64,000 nucleotides of DNA from an uncultured cyanobacterium (GTDB lineage Bacteria; Cyanobacteriota; Cyanobacteriia; Pseudanabaenales; Pseudanabaenaceae). The notes under the pieces were generated by a model. That model had not been told where the DNA came from and searched no databases. It saw only the letters and a program-made list of their open reading frames with translations. The stretch spans positions 768,001 through 832,000 of the forward strand of contig OY969811.1 in assembly GCA_963703315.1 (NCBI GenBank), written 5' to 3'. The position numbers and the translations under genes were made by a program. Positions 47,792 through 57,477 of this stretch are shown piece after piece; within the stretch, counting starts at the first letter, position 1; every line of letters begins with the position of its first letter.

Positions 47792-49720
47792 ATGACAAAC
47801 AATTTGATTAATGCTGTCAAAGTATCTAAGGTGGAAACTCTCAAACAAAAAAGTAATTTTTTAAGAGGTCCTATTGATACTGAGCTAAATGATAGCAACC
47901 CGTTTTTCAGCCAAGATGGTATTCAAATTCTGAAGTTTCATGGTTCATATCAACAAAAAGATCGGGATTTAGAAAAGGCGAAGGAAAAGGGCGAAGACGC
48001 ACAGTACAGAATGATGTTGCGGACTCGTAGCCCTGGTGGGTTGATTCCTTGGCAGTTGTATGTCGCTTTGGATAAACTCAGCGATCGCTATGGCAATCAC
48101 ACACTCCGCACTACGACTAGACAAGGTTTTCAGCTTCACGGCGTTCTCAAGGAAAACCTCAAAGCGGTGATTGTGGATATCACTAAAAATATGGGATCAA
48201 CAGTAGGAGCCTGTGGAGACATTAATCGCAATGTGATGGCTCCTCCTGCACCATTTAAAAATAAGCCTGAATACGACTATGCGCGGGAATATGCGGTCAA
48301 GCTTGCTGATCTCCTTGCGCCCCAAGCGGGAGCCTATTACGATATTTGGCTCGATGGTGAAGTAGCTGTAACTGCCTCCGAAGCACCAGAGGTAACTGAG
48401 GCAAGAAAGCGTCAAGGTGCGGGGACTGCCAAAACCAATATCAGCGATGTCGAGCCAATTTATGGCATCCAGTATTTGCCACGCAAATTTAAAATTGCGA
48501 TCGCCGTTGCGGGTGATAACTCCGTTGATCTCTATACCAATGATTTGTCGTTGGTGGTAGTCACCAATGCTGCCAATCAGTTAGAAGGCTTTAATGTCTA
48601 TGTTGGTGGTGGCTTGGGTCGCGCCCATAATAACGATGCCACGATTGTACGGATTGCGGACAGCATTGGCTTTGTCCCTGTTGCCCAAGTTTACGATCTG
48701 GTTAAAGCCGTTGTTGCCTTGCAAAGAGACTATGGCGATCGCCACAACCGTCGTCATTCGCGCTTCAAATATATTTTGGCAGAATGGGGCGTTGAGAAGT
48801 TTAAACAAGTTTTGTTGGAGTATTTCCCAACCAAACTAGCAGATGCCCGTGAACTGCCACCTTTCAAATATCAGGATTATCTTGGTTGGCATGAACAGGG
48901 CGATGGCAAATATTTTGTCGGTGTCTCGATTGAGAATGGTCGCGTGCTAGATCGCGAAGGTTTACAACTAAAAACCGCTTTGCGAGAAATCAGCGAAAAG
49001 TTTCATCATGATTTTGTCCTGACTCCCAATCAAAATTTATTGATTACGGAAGTTGCTGCCGATGAGAAAGAAGAGATTCAGAAAATTCTTGATCGTTGTG
49101 GCGTATTAGCTCCCGACAAGATTGATTCTTTAGTGCGCTATTCGATGGCTTGTCCTGCTTTTCCAACCTGTGGATTAGCGATCGCTGAGTCAGAACGGGC
49201 TTTACCCGATATCTTGGCAAGAGTCCGCCAATTGTTAGTGCGTTTAGGCTTGGACAATGAAACCTTTGTCACGAGGATTACAGGTTGTCCCAATGGTTGC
49301 GCCCGTCCCTACATGGCAGAACTCGCCTTTGTGGGTAGTGCTGCCGATGAATACCAAATTTGGCTCGGCGGTAACTTTGACTCGACCCGTTTAGCGCAAC
49401 CCTACGTGCAGCGCTTGCATATCAACAATTTAGAGAAAGGTTTAGAACCTCTATTTTTCTATTTCAAAAATGAGCGCGTAGAGAGTGAAGGATTTGGCGA
49501 TTTTTGCGATCGCAAAGGTATTGAAGATTTGCGTCAGTTTGCCGAGTCCTACGTTTCGGAACTTCCTGACAGTAAAGCTTCTAAAAGCAAGCGGAAAGAT
49601 GTCCGCCATCGCGTCACTCTTTCCGCTAAGTCCTATGACCTTCTCAAAAAAGCAGTTGAGGAGAATGATACATCCATGAAGGATATTGTCGAGGCGGCTT
49701 TGGAGAAGTATTTGGGTTAA
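47792..49720 (+). CDS. sir: Ferredoxin-sulfite reductase
   Basis: LKFHGSYQQ, TTRQGFQLHG, ACGDINRN, LPRKFK, CPAFPTC and TGCPNGCARP. Confidence 0.95.
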   Translation: MTNNLINAVKVSKVETLKQKSNFLRGPIDTELNDSNPFFSQDGIQILKFHGSYQQKDRDLEKAKEKGEDAQYRMMLRTRSPGGLIPWQLYVALDKLSDRYGNHTLRTTTRQGFQLHGVLKENLKAVIVDITKNMGSTVGACGDINRNVMAPPAPFKNKPEYDYAREYAVKLADLLAPQAGAYYDIWLDGEVAVTASEAPEVTEARKRQGAGTAKTNISDVEPIYGIQYLPRKFKIAIAVAGDNSVDLYTNDLSLVVVTNAANQLEGFNVYVGGGLGRAHNNDATIVRIADSIGFVPVAQVYDLVKAVVALQRDYGDRHNRRHSRFKYILAEWGVEKFKQVLLEYFPTKLADARELPPFKYQDYLGWHEQGDGKYFVGVSIENGRVLDREGLQLKTALREISEKFHHDFVLTPNQNLLITEVAADEKEEIQKILDRCGVLAPDKIDSLVRYSMACPAFPTCGLAIAESERALPDILARVRQLLVRLGLDNETFVTRITGCPNGCARPYMAELAFVGSAADEYQIWLGGNFDSTRLAQPYVQRLHINNLEKGLEPLFFYFKNERVESEGFGDFCDRKGIEDLRQFAESYVSELPDSKASKSKRKDVRHRVTLSAKSYDLLKKAVEENDTSMKDIVEAALEKYLG

Positions 49721-49749
49721 CTTTCAAGATAGCAGCATTAAAACGGCAA

Positions 49750-49842
49750 AAGTCTTGCAAACCCCCAGAAGGCGAGTTGCGCCGCGGCGCAACTCGCCTT
49801 CTGGGGGTTTAGTTTGTACTAACTAACTCTTGCTTTGCTATA
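49750..49842. repeat. Family A element with a perfect 52-bp spacerless palindrome
   Basis: 49759-49810 AAACCCCCAGAAGGCGAGTTGCGCCG|CGGCGCAACTCGCCTTCTGGGGGTTT; conserved tail TTTGTACTAACTAACTCTTGCTTTGCTATA. Confidence 0.8.
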
Positions 49843-49973
49843 TCAGGAGTACAAACAGGGAAAGTCAGGTAAGAGGAGCGCGAAGGTATTGATTGTCGGG
49901 AAGAATGGCGATCACCTCTTGTTAGAAAATGCGACAATCGAGCAAATCCGTAAAGTTTTAGAGGACTAGGATC

Positions 49974-50597
49974 ATGCCACAGACATTGGCAATTGAAAAA
50001 GTCTCCCTGTACGAGCTAGAGAGTAAATTCGGATTGCAGTTAAATCGCGATCCTAATTTTTTTCGGGAATGGCAGGATGATTTGCCAAGTTTGACGATCG
50101 CTGAGCAAGAAAGATTACAACGGGTACTAGCTATTTCTGCAAATTTAGAACGGCGATCTGTGTTAGAAAACACGGTAAAGATGGCGATCATTTCGCCATT
50201 ATTGGACTTAGCGGGGTTCTTTTTACCGCCTTTTTATGTGGATACAGAAACCGCCGTAGAAATTGTTGCGGAAGATCGGGAGATGCAGTTACGAGGCAGA
50301 ATCGATGTACTGGTTCTCATTGAAAGGATTTGGGTACTGATTATTGAGTCGAAACGGGCAGGATTTTCGCTCAAGGTGGGGATTCCACAAGCTTTGGCTT
50401 ATATGATCGCATCACCGCAGCAACATCAGCCTCTGTTTGGCTTAGTGACTAATGGAAGTAGTTTTTTATTCTTAAAGTTAGTGCATCAGGATACGCCTAT
50501 ATATGCCAAGTCCAAGGAGTTCATTTTGGATCAAGATGATGGTTTGGCGCTGACGCTGCAAATCCTGAAAAAATTAGCAGCGATCGCCTCTAGCTAG
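49974..50597 (+). CDS. HsdR N-terminal-like PD-(D/E)XK protein (stand-alone)
   Basis: GRIDVLV...IIESKR, IPQALAYM and GLVTNG. Confidence 0.8.
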   Translation: MPQTLAIEKVSLYELESKFGLQLNRDPNFFREWQDDLPSLTIAEQERLQRVLAISANLERRSVLENTVKMAIISPLLDLAGFFLPPFYVDTETAVEIVAEDREMQLRGRIDVLVLIERIWVLIIESKRAGFSLKVGIPQALAYMIASPQQHQPLFGLVTNGSSFLFLKLVHQDTPIYAKSKEFILDQDDGLALTLQILKKLAAIASS

Positions 50598-50635
50598 AAA
50601 ATGCCAGAATTGAGCAAATCTGTAGGGATATCTAC

Positions 50636-50717
50636 TTAACGTGAGTTCGGGTTAAGAAGGGCTGAAGCCTATATCCATCAATTAATATTCTCCAGAGATA
50701 TCCCGAACTCATGTTAA
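50636..50717. mobile_element. 82-bp MITE
   Basis: TIR TTAACGTGAGTTCGGG/CCCGAACTCATGTTAA (15/16 match); a solo end of the same type lies at 35980-35996. Confidence 0.75.
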
Positions 50718-51554
50718 TTATCTTGTCTCTGGCGTTGGTGTTACTCGCTTCGGTGAAGGAATCAGATAGGCAATTACCGCACCACCAAAAAATCCCGACA
50801 CATTGCGTACAATTGGCAGCCATTCATTCGTGCGTGTCAGCACAGGTCCTAGACCAAAGGAAATAAATAACATTCCCCATAGCGGTGTGAAGATTAGCGC
50901 CCATTTCCATGCAAATATTTCGCCTTCCTTCCGAGGATGTCCCGCAAATCCAAAGACTACGCCGCCCACAATGGAAGTAATCAGCGTTAAAATCCATTGC
51001 TCTTGGGGAATCCCCGGAACGACCGCACAACCATCTTGATCTAAGCAAGTGGCGATCGCATCAATCGCTGACAAAATTGATTGATCGTAACCCTGTTCAC
51101 GTACATAGAACTGATTGCCATAACGAGATTGCAATTCAATCCAGAAACCTCTCGATAGCAAGGGATACACCGCATCCCCCACACTAAAATTTAATAAATT
51201 ACGTCCCCGTGAATCAGCGACTAACATCACACTGTGATCGTCAAGTCCCCAAAATTCTTTCACGGCACGACCGGGGGTGCGGTCAACTTGGGTCAGAACC
51301 CGCAATTTCCAACCTGTACTTTCTTCAAATTTGGTTAACTTTTGGTCAAGTGCCAATTCTTCGGAATCAGTCAAAAAGCGACCGAGATCAATTACGTTTG
51401 TATATTGTTCGGGCAGTAGCTCTGGTGCATCAAAGGCATGAGCCGCAGGAATATACGTAAAGGCGATCGCGAAGGGAAGTATCAAGGCGATCGCGATCGC
51501 TCCAAATCTCTGCATAAATCTCTGCATAAACTTTTGCAAAGCGAATTTAATCAT
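50718..51554 (-). CDS. TPM-domain membrane (probably thylakoid) protein
   Basis: Signal peptide, TGWKLRVLTQ, RYGNQFYVR, GCAVVPG, three C-terminal TMs. Confidence 0.82.
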   Translation of the reverse strand: MIKFALQKFMQRFMQRFGAIAIALILPFAIAFTYIPAAHAFDAPELLPEQYTNVIDLGRFLTDSEELALDQKLTKFEESTGWKLRVLTQVDRTPGRAVKEFWGLDDHSVMLVADSRGRNLLNFSVGDAVYPLLSRGFWIELQSRYGNQFYVREQGYDQSILSAIDAIATCLDQDGCAVVPGIPQEQWILTLITSIVGGVVFGFAGHPRKEGEIFAWKWALIFTPLWGMLFISFGLGPVLTRTNEWLPIVRNVSGFFGGAVIAYLIPSPKRVTPTPETR

Positions 51555-51653
51555 AGTTTTTATTAAAGTCTAAGTTAAAAGCTGATCTTAATATTTCTTA
51601 ATATCTTAGCAACAGTATATAGTTAAAGATACTTTCTCTTCGTATTTTTTCCT

Positions 51654-52493
51654 ATGGCAAGCCCAATTCAGTGGTATCCAGGTCATATCGCCAAAGCTGA
51701 AAAGCAGTTGTTAGAACAACTAAAATTGGTGGATGTGGTGATTGAGGTGCGCGATTCACGCATTTTGATGTCTAGCAAGCACCCCAAAATCGAAAAATGG
51801 GTGGAGGGAAAGTCACATATTTTAGTCTGCAATCGCATTGATGCCATTTCCTCCAATGTGCGATCGCAATGGACGCGCTGGTTTACTGAGCAAGATCGCA
51901 TGGCATATTTCACCGATGCTCAAGAGGGTAAAGGCATGGTGGATCTACTCAAGGCGGCTCAAGTCGCGGGGGAAAAGGTCAATGAACGGCGGCGGGGTCG
52001 GGGGATGTTGCCGCGCCCTGTCAGGGCAGTAGTTGTGGGCTTCCCCAATGTTGGTAAGTCAGCATTAATTAACCGCTTGCTCAAGAAAAAAGTGGTTGCT
52101 AGTGCCAATAAACCGGGGGTAACGCGCCAATTACGTTGGATCAGAATTTCTGATCAAATTGAGTTGTTGGACACCCCTGGGGTAATTCCACCTTTGCTGC
52201 ATGATCAAGATGCGGCTTTGAAATTAGCAATTTGCGATGATATCGGGCAAGCCGCTTACGACAATGTGTTAGTCGCTGCGGAAGCGGTGGATTTATTGAT
52301 GAAACTAAATGTGAAATTAAGTAGCCGTTACGTCATTGACCCTGCGACTGTCACTTCAGGGATCGAGTATATTCACGAAGTCGCGGCTTTAAACAAGTTT
52401 CAAGGGGATTTAGATAAAGTGGCAAGGCTAATTTTGTACGATTTCCGTAAAGGGAAATTGGGGGCGATCGCCCTTGAATTACCACCATTCTAA
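51654..52493 (+). CDS. ylqF: Ribosome biogenesis GTPase YlqF/RbgA
   Basis: IQWYPGHIAKA, GFPNVGKS, PGVTR and LDTPG. Confidence 0.95.
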   Translation: MASPIQWYPGHIAKAEKQLLEQLKLVDVVIEVRDSRILMSSKHPKIEKWVEGKSHILVCNRIDAISSNVRSQWTRWFTEQDRMAYFTDAQEGKGMVDLLKAAQVAGEKVNERRRGRGMLPRPVRAVVVGFPNVGKSALINRLLKKKVVASANKPGVTRQLRWIRISDQIELLDTPGVIPPLLHDQDAALKLAICDDIGQAAYDNVLVAAEAVDLLMKLNVKLSSRYVIDPATVTSGIEYIHEVAALNKFQGDLDKVARLILYDFRKGKLGAIALELPPF

Positions 52494-52644
52494 GTTTCGG
52501 TAGGCTTGTTAAAGAGAGTGGCGGCGCAAAGCGCTGCCACTCTCTTTTTAGTTTTGGTATTACAGGAAGAGATCTATTGATGGCGATCGCTTAAGTCATA
52601 ATTAAGTTTCTAAGAAAAATCCCCAGATTGAAGTGCAAGAAATT

Positions 52645-53556
52645 ATGACCAGCAAAATCTATTTAAAAGGTGTCAAAGCTTACGGATATGTGGGATATCT
52701 ACCTGAAGAAAATGTCTTAGGACAATGGTTTGAAGTTGATGCCACGTTATGGGTAGATTTTGAAAAATCCACCTATAGCGACGAAATCGAAGATACTGTT
52801 AACTATATTTCCTGCATCCGTAAGATTGAAAATCTCATTCAGACTCAGAAATTTAAGTTAATTGAACGCCTAGCAGGAGCGATCGCTGACAGCCTCCTTG
52901 AAGATGCTCAAATCACAGAAGTTGAAGTCAAAATTATCAAGCATCCACCTATTCCCAATTTCTTAGGTTCCGTTGCTGTCGAAATTGGGCGATCGCGATC
53001 GCAAACCGCACCAATCAACAATCAACAATCAATAATCTCAGAATCCAAGCCTCAAAATTCTATTCCCAAAACCGCACCAATCAACAATCGCCAATCAACT
53101 ATCTCAGAGGAATCGAAAATTGTCAGCATTCACACCGATGGCGCTTGTTCTAAAAATCCCGGTCCTGGGGGTTGGGGTGTAGTTATCCATTTCTCCGATG
53201 GCAATGTCAAAGAACTTGGCGGTGGTATTAAAGAAACAACTAATAACCAAATGGAACTCCAAGGAGCGATCGCTGCCTTAGAATTTTTGGCAGTTCAAAA
53301 ACAATCAACTCCTGTCGATCTTTATACTGACAGCAAATATGTCATTGATGGCATTACCAAATGGATTAAAGGATGGAAAAAGAACGGTTGGCAAACAAAA
53401 GACAATAAACCTGTCAAAAATCAAGAATTTTGGCAACAGCTTGATCGTCTCAACTCCTCCAATATCCGATGGCATTGGGTGGAAGGGCATTCTGGCGATC
53501 CTGATAACGAGAGATGTGATGCGATCGCCCGCAGCTACACCGTAAAATCCTCGTAA
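52645..53556 (+). CDS. Fusion of dihydroneopterin aldolase (FolB) and ribonuclease HI
   Basis: N-terminal [19 protein letters not shown]...DTVNY...FKLIERLA...IIK is FolB. C-terminal [34 protein letters not shown] and GHSG.PDNERCD is RNase HI. Confidence 0.9.
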   Translation: MTSKIYLKGVKAYGYVGYLPEENVLGQWFEVDATLWVDFEKSTYSDEIEDTVNYISCIRKIENLIQTQKFKLIERLAGAIADSLLEDAQITEVEVKIIKHPPIPNFLGSVAVEIGRSRSQTAPINNQQSIISESKPQNSIPKTAPINNRQSTISEESKIVSIHTDGACSKNPGPGGWGVVIHFSDGNVKELGGGIKETTNNQMELQGAIAALEFLAVQKQSTPVDLYTDSKYVIDGITKWIKGWKKNGWQTKDNKPVKNQEFWQQLDRLNSSNIRWHWVEGHSGDPDNERCDAIARSYTVKSS

Positions 53557-53721
53557 AGTTGTGCCTCTGCGGGGCGCAACTTACATAAATAATGGGTGCG
53601 AGGCAAAGCTACACACCCATTATTTATTTGGGATTTACAATATTTTGCGATCGCGTTTGACATTAAAATCAATTTAGGCGATTATAGACAAGCTAATCTA
53701 TTAGCTACAAATAAATCACTA

Positions 53722-53794
53722 GGGGCTATAGCGCAGTTGGTAGCGCACCTCAATGGCATTGAGGGGGTCAGGGATTCGAGTTCCCTTAGCTCCA
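53722..53794 (+). tRNA. tRNA-Ala (GGC)
   Basis: GGGGCTATAGCGCAGTTGGTAGCGC; anticodon arm CCTCA-ATGGCAT-TGAGG; T-arm TTCGAG; 3' TAGCTCCA with no encoded CCA. Confidence 0.95.
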
Positions 53795-53800
53795 TACATC

Positions 53801-53910
53801 CTAGCAAGTTTTGCTTAGGATATAAAACCCAAGAAACGAGTGGCGGCGCGAAGCGCCGCCACTCGTTTCTTGGGTTTTGGTTTGTACTAGCTAACTCTTT
53901 TTTTGCTATA
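53801..53910. repeat. Family A element directly downstream of tRNA-Ala
   Basis: Perfect 26-bp arms at 53824-53878, loop GAA; conserved flanks. Confidence 0.8.
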
Positions 53911-54041
53911 GCAATATCTAAAATAATCTCGACATTTTTAATTATGCTCAGCTACTCAGAGACTTTCATCAAACCAAAATATTTATCAAAAACAAAAGAG
54001 CCAAGAACCTTAGTTCTTGGCTTTTTTGTTGCTGTAAAGTC

Positions 54042-55946
54042 CTAAATCTTGCTAGTCAATTTAGTTAGCAATTGATTAGATCGCTGCAAGAAGCCCTTCA
54101 TGCTGTCCGCATCAAAACTCTTTTGCGCCATCAATGCCAAATCATAAACATGAGTACAAATCAAGTTAGCGAGATCGAGGGATTCAGATTTGCCCCCGAT
54201 AAGAACTTGACTACTATCAAGCTCGATCAGTTTTTCCATGAGTGGATGTGTTGTATTGACTAGCAATACGTGATCCTCTGGGAAACTCACCGTACCCTGC
54301 TGCATTACTGCGGTCATTTCCTGCATCCGTCGTGCAAATTCGGGCAAGAGAATAATTGCAGGTGGAGCGGAAGCTGCATCTTCTGTCTTAATTGCCTCGG
54401 TGCGAATTACCAATTTGGGCTTATTCAACGCGGCACGGAAAATGTCTTGCAGGTGATCGCTCTTAGTTTTATTGGTTTTAGGATCAACGATTTCCGTCTT
54501 GGCATCCTTATCAACAAGGCGATCGTCGATTTCAGCATCGACACGGGCAAATTTAATATCTTTGAATTCACGCTCAAGGAAGTTAATGAAGTGACTATCA
54601 ATGAATGAATCAAAAGTTAACACTTCTAATCCTTGGTTTTTATGTAATTCCACATAAGTACCTTGGGCAATAGGATCGGAAGTATAGAACACTTGATTTT
54701 CATGTTCTGCCTTGTTGCGCTCTAGATAGGCTTGCAGAGTGGTGTAGTTACCACTTTCGCTCTTGACTTCTTCACTTTCGCTAGTGGTGGCATATACCAA
54801 GATATCTTTAATTTGCTGATAGAACTTATCACTGTTCATCGCCCCAAACTTCATGAAGATACTGATATCCTGCCAACATTTTAGAAATTCTTCGCGGGAG
54901 TCACTGTAAAGCGAACTCAGGCGATCGCCTACTTTTTTAGCAATAAAGTCTTGAATCTTACGAACTTTGGGATCGCCTTGCAAGAAACTACGCGACACAT
55001 TGAGAGGAATATCGGTACTATCGATCGCCCCACGCAATGGCATCAAGAATTTCGGAATCACATCATCGCAATTGTCGCTGACAAAAACGTGATTGCAGAA
55101 CAGCTTGATTTGTCCACGATTGGGATCAATATCTGCCTTCATTTTTGGGAAATAAAGGATTCCCTTAATCACGAAGGGATAATCGGTATTTAAATGAATC
55201 CAAAACAGAGGATCATCTTGATAAGGATAGAGGTAGCGATAGAACTCTAAATATTCCTCATTCGTGACTGATTTCGGAGACTTATCCCATAGCGCAGTCT
55301 GTTTGTTAATTACTTCGTCATTCAGCTTGATCGGTACGGGCATGAAGTCGCAATAGTTGCGAATCATCCGCTTAATCGATGCTTCTTCTAGATACTCTTC
55401 AGCATCCTCTTGCAAAGTTAGGGTGATGGTTGTACCCACACCAGCGCGATCGCTATCATCGATCGTAAAAGTAGTAGAGCCATCGCAAGACCAATGTACT
55501 GCCTCTGCCCCTTCTTTATAAGAGCGAGTATCAATCTCTACATTACTCGCCACCATAAAGGAGGAATAGAAACCTAAACCAAAGTTACCGATAATTTGTT
55601 GATCGCCAGTGCCACTATTCGCATATTTAGTAGCAAATTCCTGAGCGCTAGAAAAGGCAACTTGGTTAATATATTTTTTGACCTCATCTGCCGTCATGCC
55701 GATCCCTGTATCTGCGATCGCTAAGGTCTTTTTCTCTTTATCGATCGTGACCACAATTTCAGGATCGGCGGAATGAGTAGTTTCACCAGCATAGGACACC
55801 ATCTTGAGTTTGCTAATGGCATCTACTGCATTAGAGATCAATTCCCGCAAGAAGATATCGCGTTCTGAATATAAAGCCTTCTTGATAATGGGAAAGATAT
55901 TCTCGGTATGAATGCTGATCGTTCCCTGCTCTTGCATATCGCGCAA
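54042..55946 (-). CDS. htpG: Hsp90 chaperone HtpG
   Basis: FLRELISNAVDA, DTGIGM, IGNFGLGFYS and DIPLNVSR. Confidence 0.96.
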   Translation of the reverse strand: MRDMQEQGTISIHTENIFPIIKKALYSERDIFLRELISNAVDAISKLKMVSYAGETTHSADPEIVVTIDKEKKTLAIADTGIGMTADEVKKYINQVAFSSAQEFATKYANSGTGDQQIIGNFGLGFYSSFMVASNVEIDTRSYKEGAEAVHWSCDGSTTFTIDDSDRAGVGTTITLTLQEDAEEYLEEASIKRMIRNYCDFMPVPIKLNDEVINKQTALWDKSPKSVTNEEYLEFYRYLYPYQDDPLFWIHLNTDYPFVIKGILYFPKMKADIDPNRGQIKLFCNHVFVSDNCDDVIPKFLMPLRGAIDSTDIPLNVSRSFLQGDPKVRKIQDFIAKKVGDRLSSLYSDSREEFLKCWQDISIFMKFGAMNSDKFYQQIKDILVYATTSESEEVKSESGNYTTLQAYLERNKAEHENQVFYTSDPIAQGTYVELHKNQGLEVLTFDSFIDSHFINFLEREFKDIKFARVDAEIDDRLVDKDAKTEIVDPKTNKTKSDHLQDIFRAALNKPKLVIRTEAIKTEDAASAPPAIILLPEFARRMQEMTAVMQQGTVSFPEDHVLLVNTTHPLMEKLIELDSSQVLIGGKSESLDLANLICTHVYDLALMAQKSFDADSMKGFLQRSNQLLTKLTSKI

Positions 55947-56222
55947 AGCTCCTAAATATTGGTAAATGTTACTAAATGCTAATCAAGGCTGATTATACCG
56001 AATCCTCAGTCAAGCTAATCTCTTGAAGTTGTCGCGTTCTCCGTACCTCTAACGCTTCGCATTTAAATTCAAGCAAGATGAGAGGCGGCGCTTCGCGCCG
56101 CCTCTCATCTTGCTTTTATGAAGGTTTGCAAAGCAAATCTATACATTTGTGTAACTCTAGTTGAAAAACCCTAGTGCCTCCTCTATTGTGATATCAACAA
56201 TCTTGAATAAACCAATAAAGAT

Positions 56223-56468
56223 ATGGCGATCGCCGCAATTATCTACATATCAGTATCTGTACTACTTGTAATTAGTGCAGGTATATTTTTTATGAAAGCT
56301 ATTCAGTCCTTAATGCACAAAAAAACAACACCAAGTTATCAACCGCAAGATCAAGTAATGTTTTTGCGCCCTAACTCTAATGATCCTTTATCGATTTCAA
56401 ACCGACGGGAAGAAATCATTGCTATGCTAGAACGGCAATTTGCTAGCAGTCCATCATCTGACTCCTAG
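56223..56468 (+). CDS. Small single-TM hypothetical protein
   Basis: 81-aa ORF with an N-terminal hydrophobic helix, 34 bp upstream of ftsQ. Confidence 0.55.
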   Translation: MAIAAIIYISVSVLLVISAGIFFMKAIQSLMHKKTTPSYQPQDQVMFLRPNSNDPLSISNRREEIIAMLERQFASSPSSDS

Positions 56469-56502
56469 CAATATTTAGCATTGTAAATAGGTAGGCTCAA
56501 AG

Positions 56503-57315
56503 ATGACGCTTGAATTCCCTATCTCCACTGGAGAGGCAGACTATGTGGCACGCCGCAAACAACTGCGAAAACAACGCCGCCTTCGCATATTTCAACGTAT
56601 TTGGCAGTTAACATTTATTACTGGAATCACAGGTGGAATGCTGTGGGTTGCCATGCTGCCAGAATGGCAATTGCGTAGTGCTAATCAGATTGAAATTGAA
56701 GGTAATAAGTTACTCTCTAAAGAAACGATCAAAAAAGCATTGCCAATTCAATATCCTCAGTCAATTTTTCAAATTCAACCCCAAGCGATCGCCTCTCAAC
56801 TCGAATCCTCTGCCCCAGTTTCTAAAGTTTTAGTCTCGCGGACAATTTTCCCGTCAAAGTTAACCATCCAAGTCCAAGAACGCTTGCCGATCGCAAACTC
56901 CACACGCAATGGTCAGCAAGGATTTCTTGACGCTGAAGGTATATGGATGTCTGTTAAAGCTTATCCATCCAGTATTACTAAGCCAAATCTCGTAGTTTTA
57001 GAACCAAGTAATCGAGCGATCGGGCAATGGTCAACCTTATATCGTCAAGTTAGCCAAAGCCAAGTCAAAATATCGCAAGTAGATGCCCGCGATGAATCAA
57101 ATTTAATTTTGACTACAGAGCTAGGCATTGTATATTTCGGCACATACAAGCCCTCCCTATTTGGCACACAGTTAGAAACACTTGACAGGCTAAGGACATT
57201 GCCTGAAAAATTAAAGTCAAAAAGCTTTAAATACATTGATATAAGTCAACCAACTGACCCAATTTTAGAAATGAATATGCCACCAAAAGATAAATCTACG
57301 GAAACAAAATCCTAA
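56503..57315 (+). CDS. ftsQ: Cell division protein FtsQ/DivIB
   Basis: Basic N-terminus, single TM, POTRA-like IEIEGN...IQVQER.P; upstream of ftsZ. Confidence 0.88.
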   Translation: MTLEFPISTGEADYVARRKQLRKQRRLRIFQRIWQLTFITGITGGMLWVAMLPEWQLRSANQIEIEGNKLLSKETIKKALPIQYPQSIFQIQPQAIASQLESSAPVSKVLVSRTIFPSKLTIQVQERLPIANSTRNGQQGFLDAEGIWMSVKAYPSSITKPNLVVLEPSNRAIGQWSTLYRQVSQSQVKISQVDARDESNLILTTELGIVYFGTYKPSLFGTQLETLDRLRTLPEKLKSKSFKYIDISQPTDPILEMNMPPKDKSTETKS

Positions 57316-57477
57316 ACAAAATCCTAAACTGTCCCTAAATTGTCGCTTTAAGGCTATCATTATTTTTTTCTGGTAGGTTTAAACTATTACTCGGACTTAA
57401 TACTCGAATGAGGTTTAAGCTGATCAAAATCTAGAGAACATCAGTACAACGATTCTATTTATGACATTCCTCAATAA

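Noticed and set aside
49974..50597. Type I restriction-modification system
   Set aside because: Only a stand-alone HsdR-N-like domain; no hsdM, hsdS or motor domain nearby.
53722..53910. Integrative element or prophage at tRNA-Ala
   Set aside because: No integrase and no duplicated tRNA 3' end were seen; htpG follows.
53596..54045. 149-aa ORF
   Set aside because: It spans tRNA-Ala and repeat hairpins; spurious.
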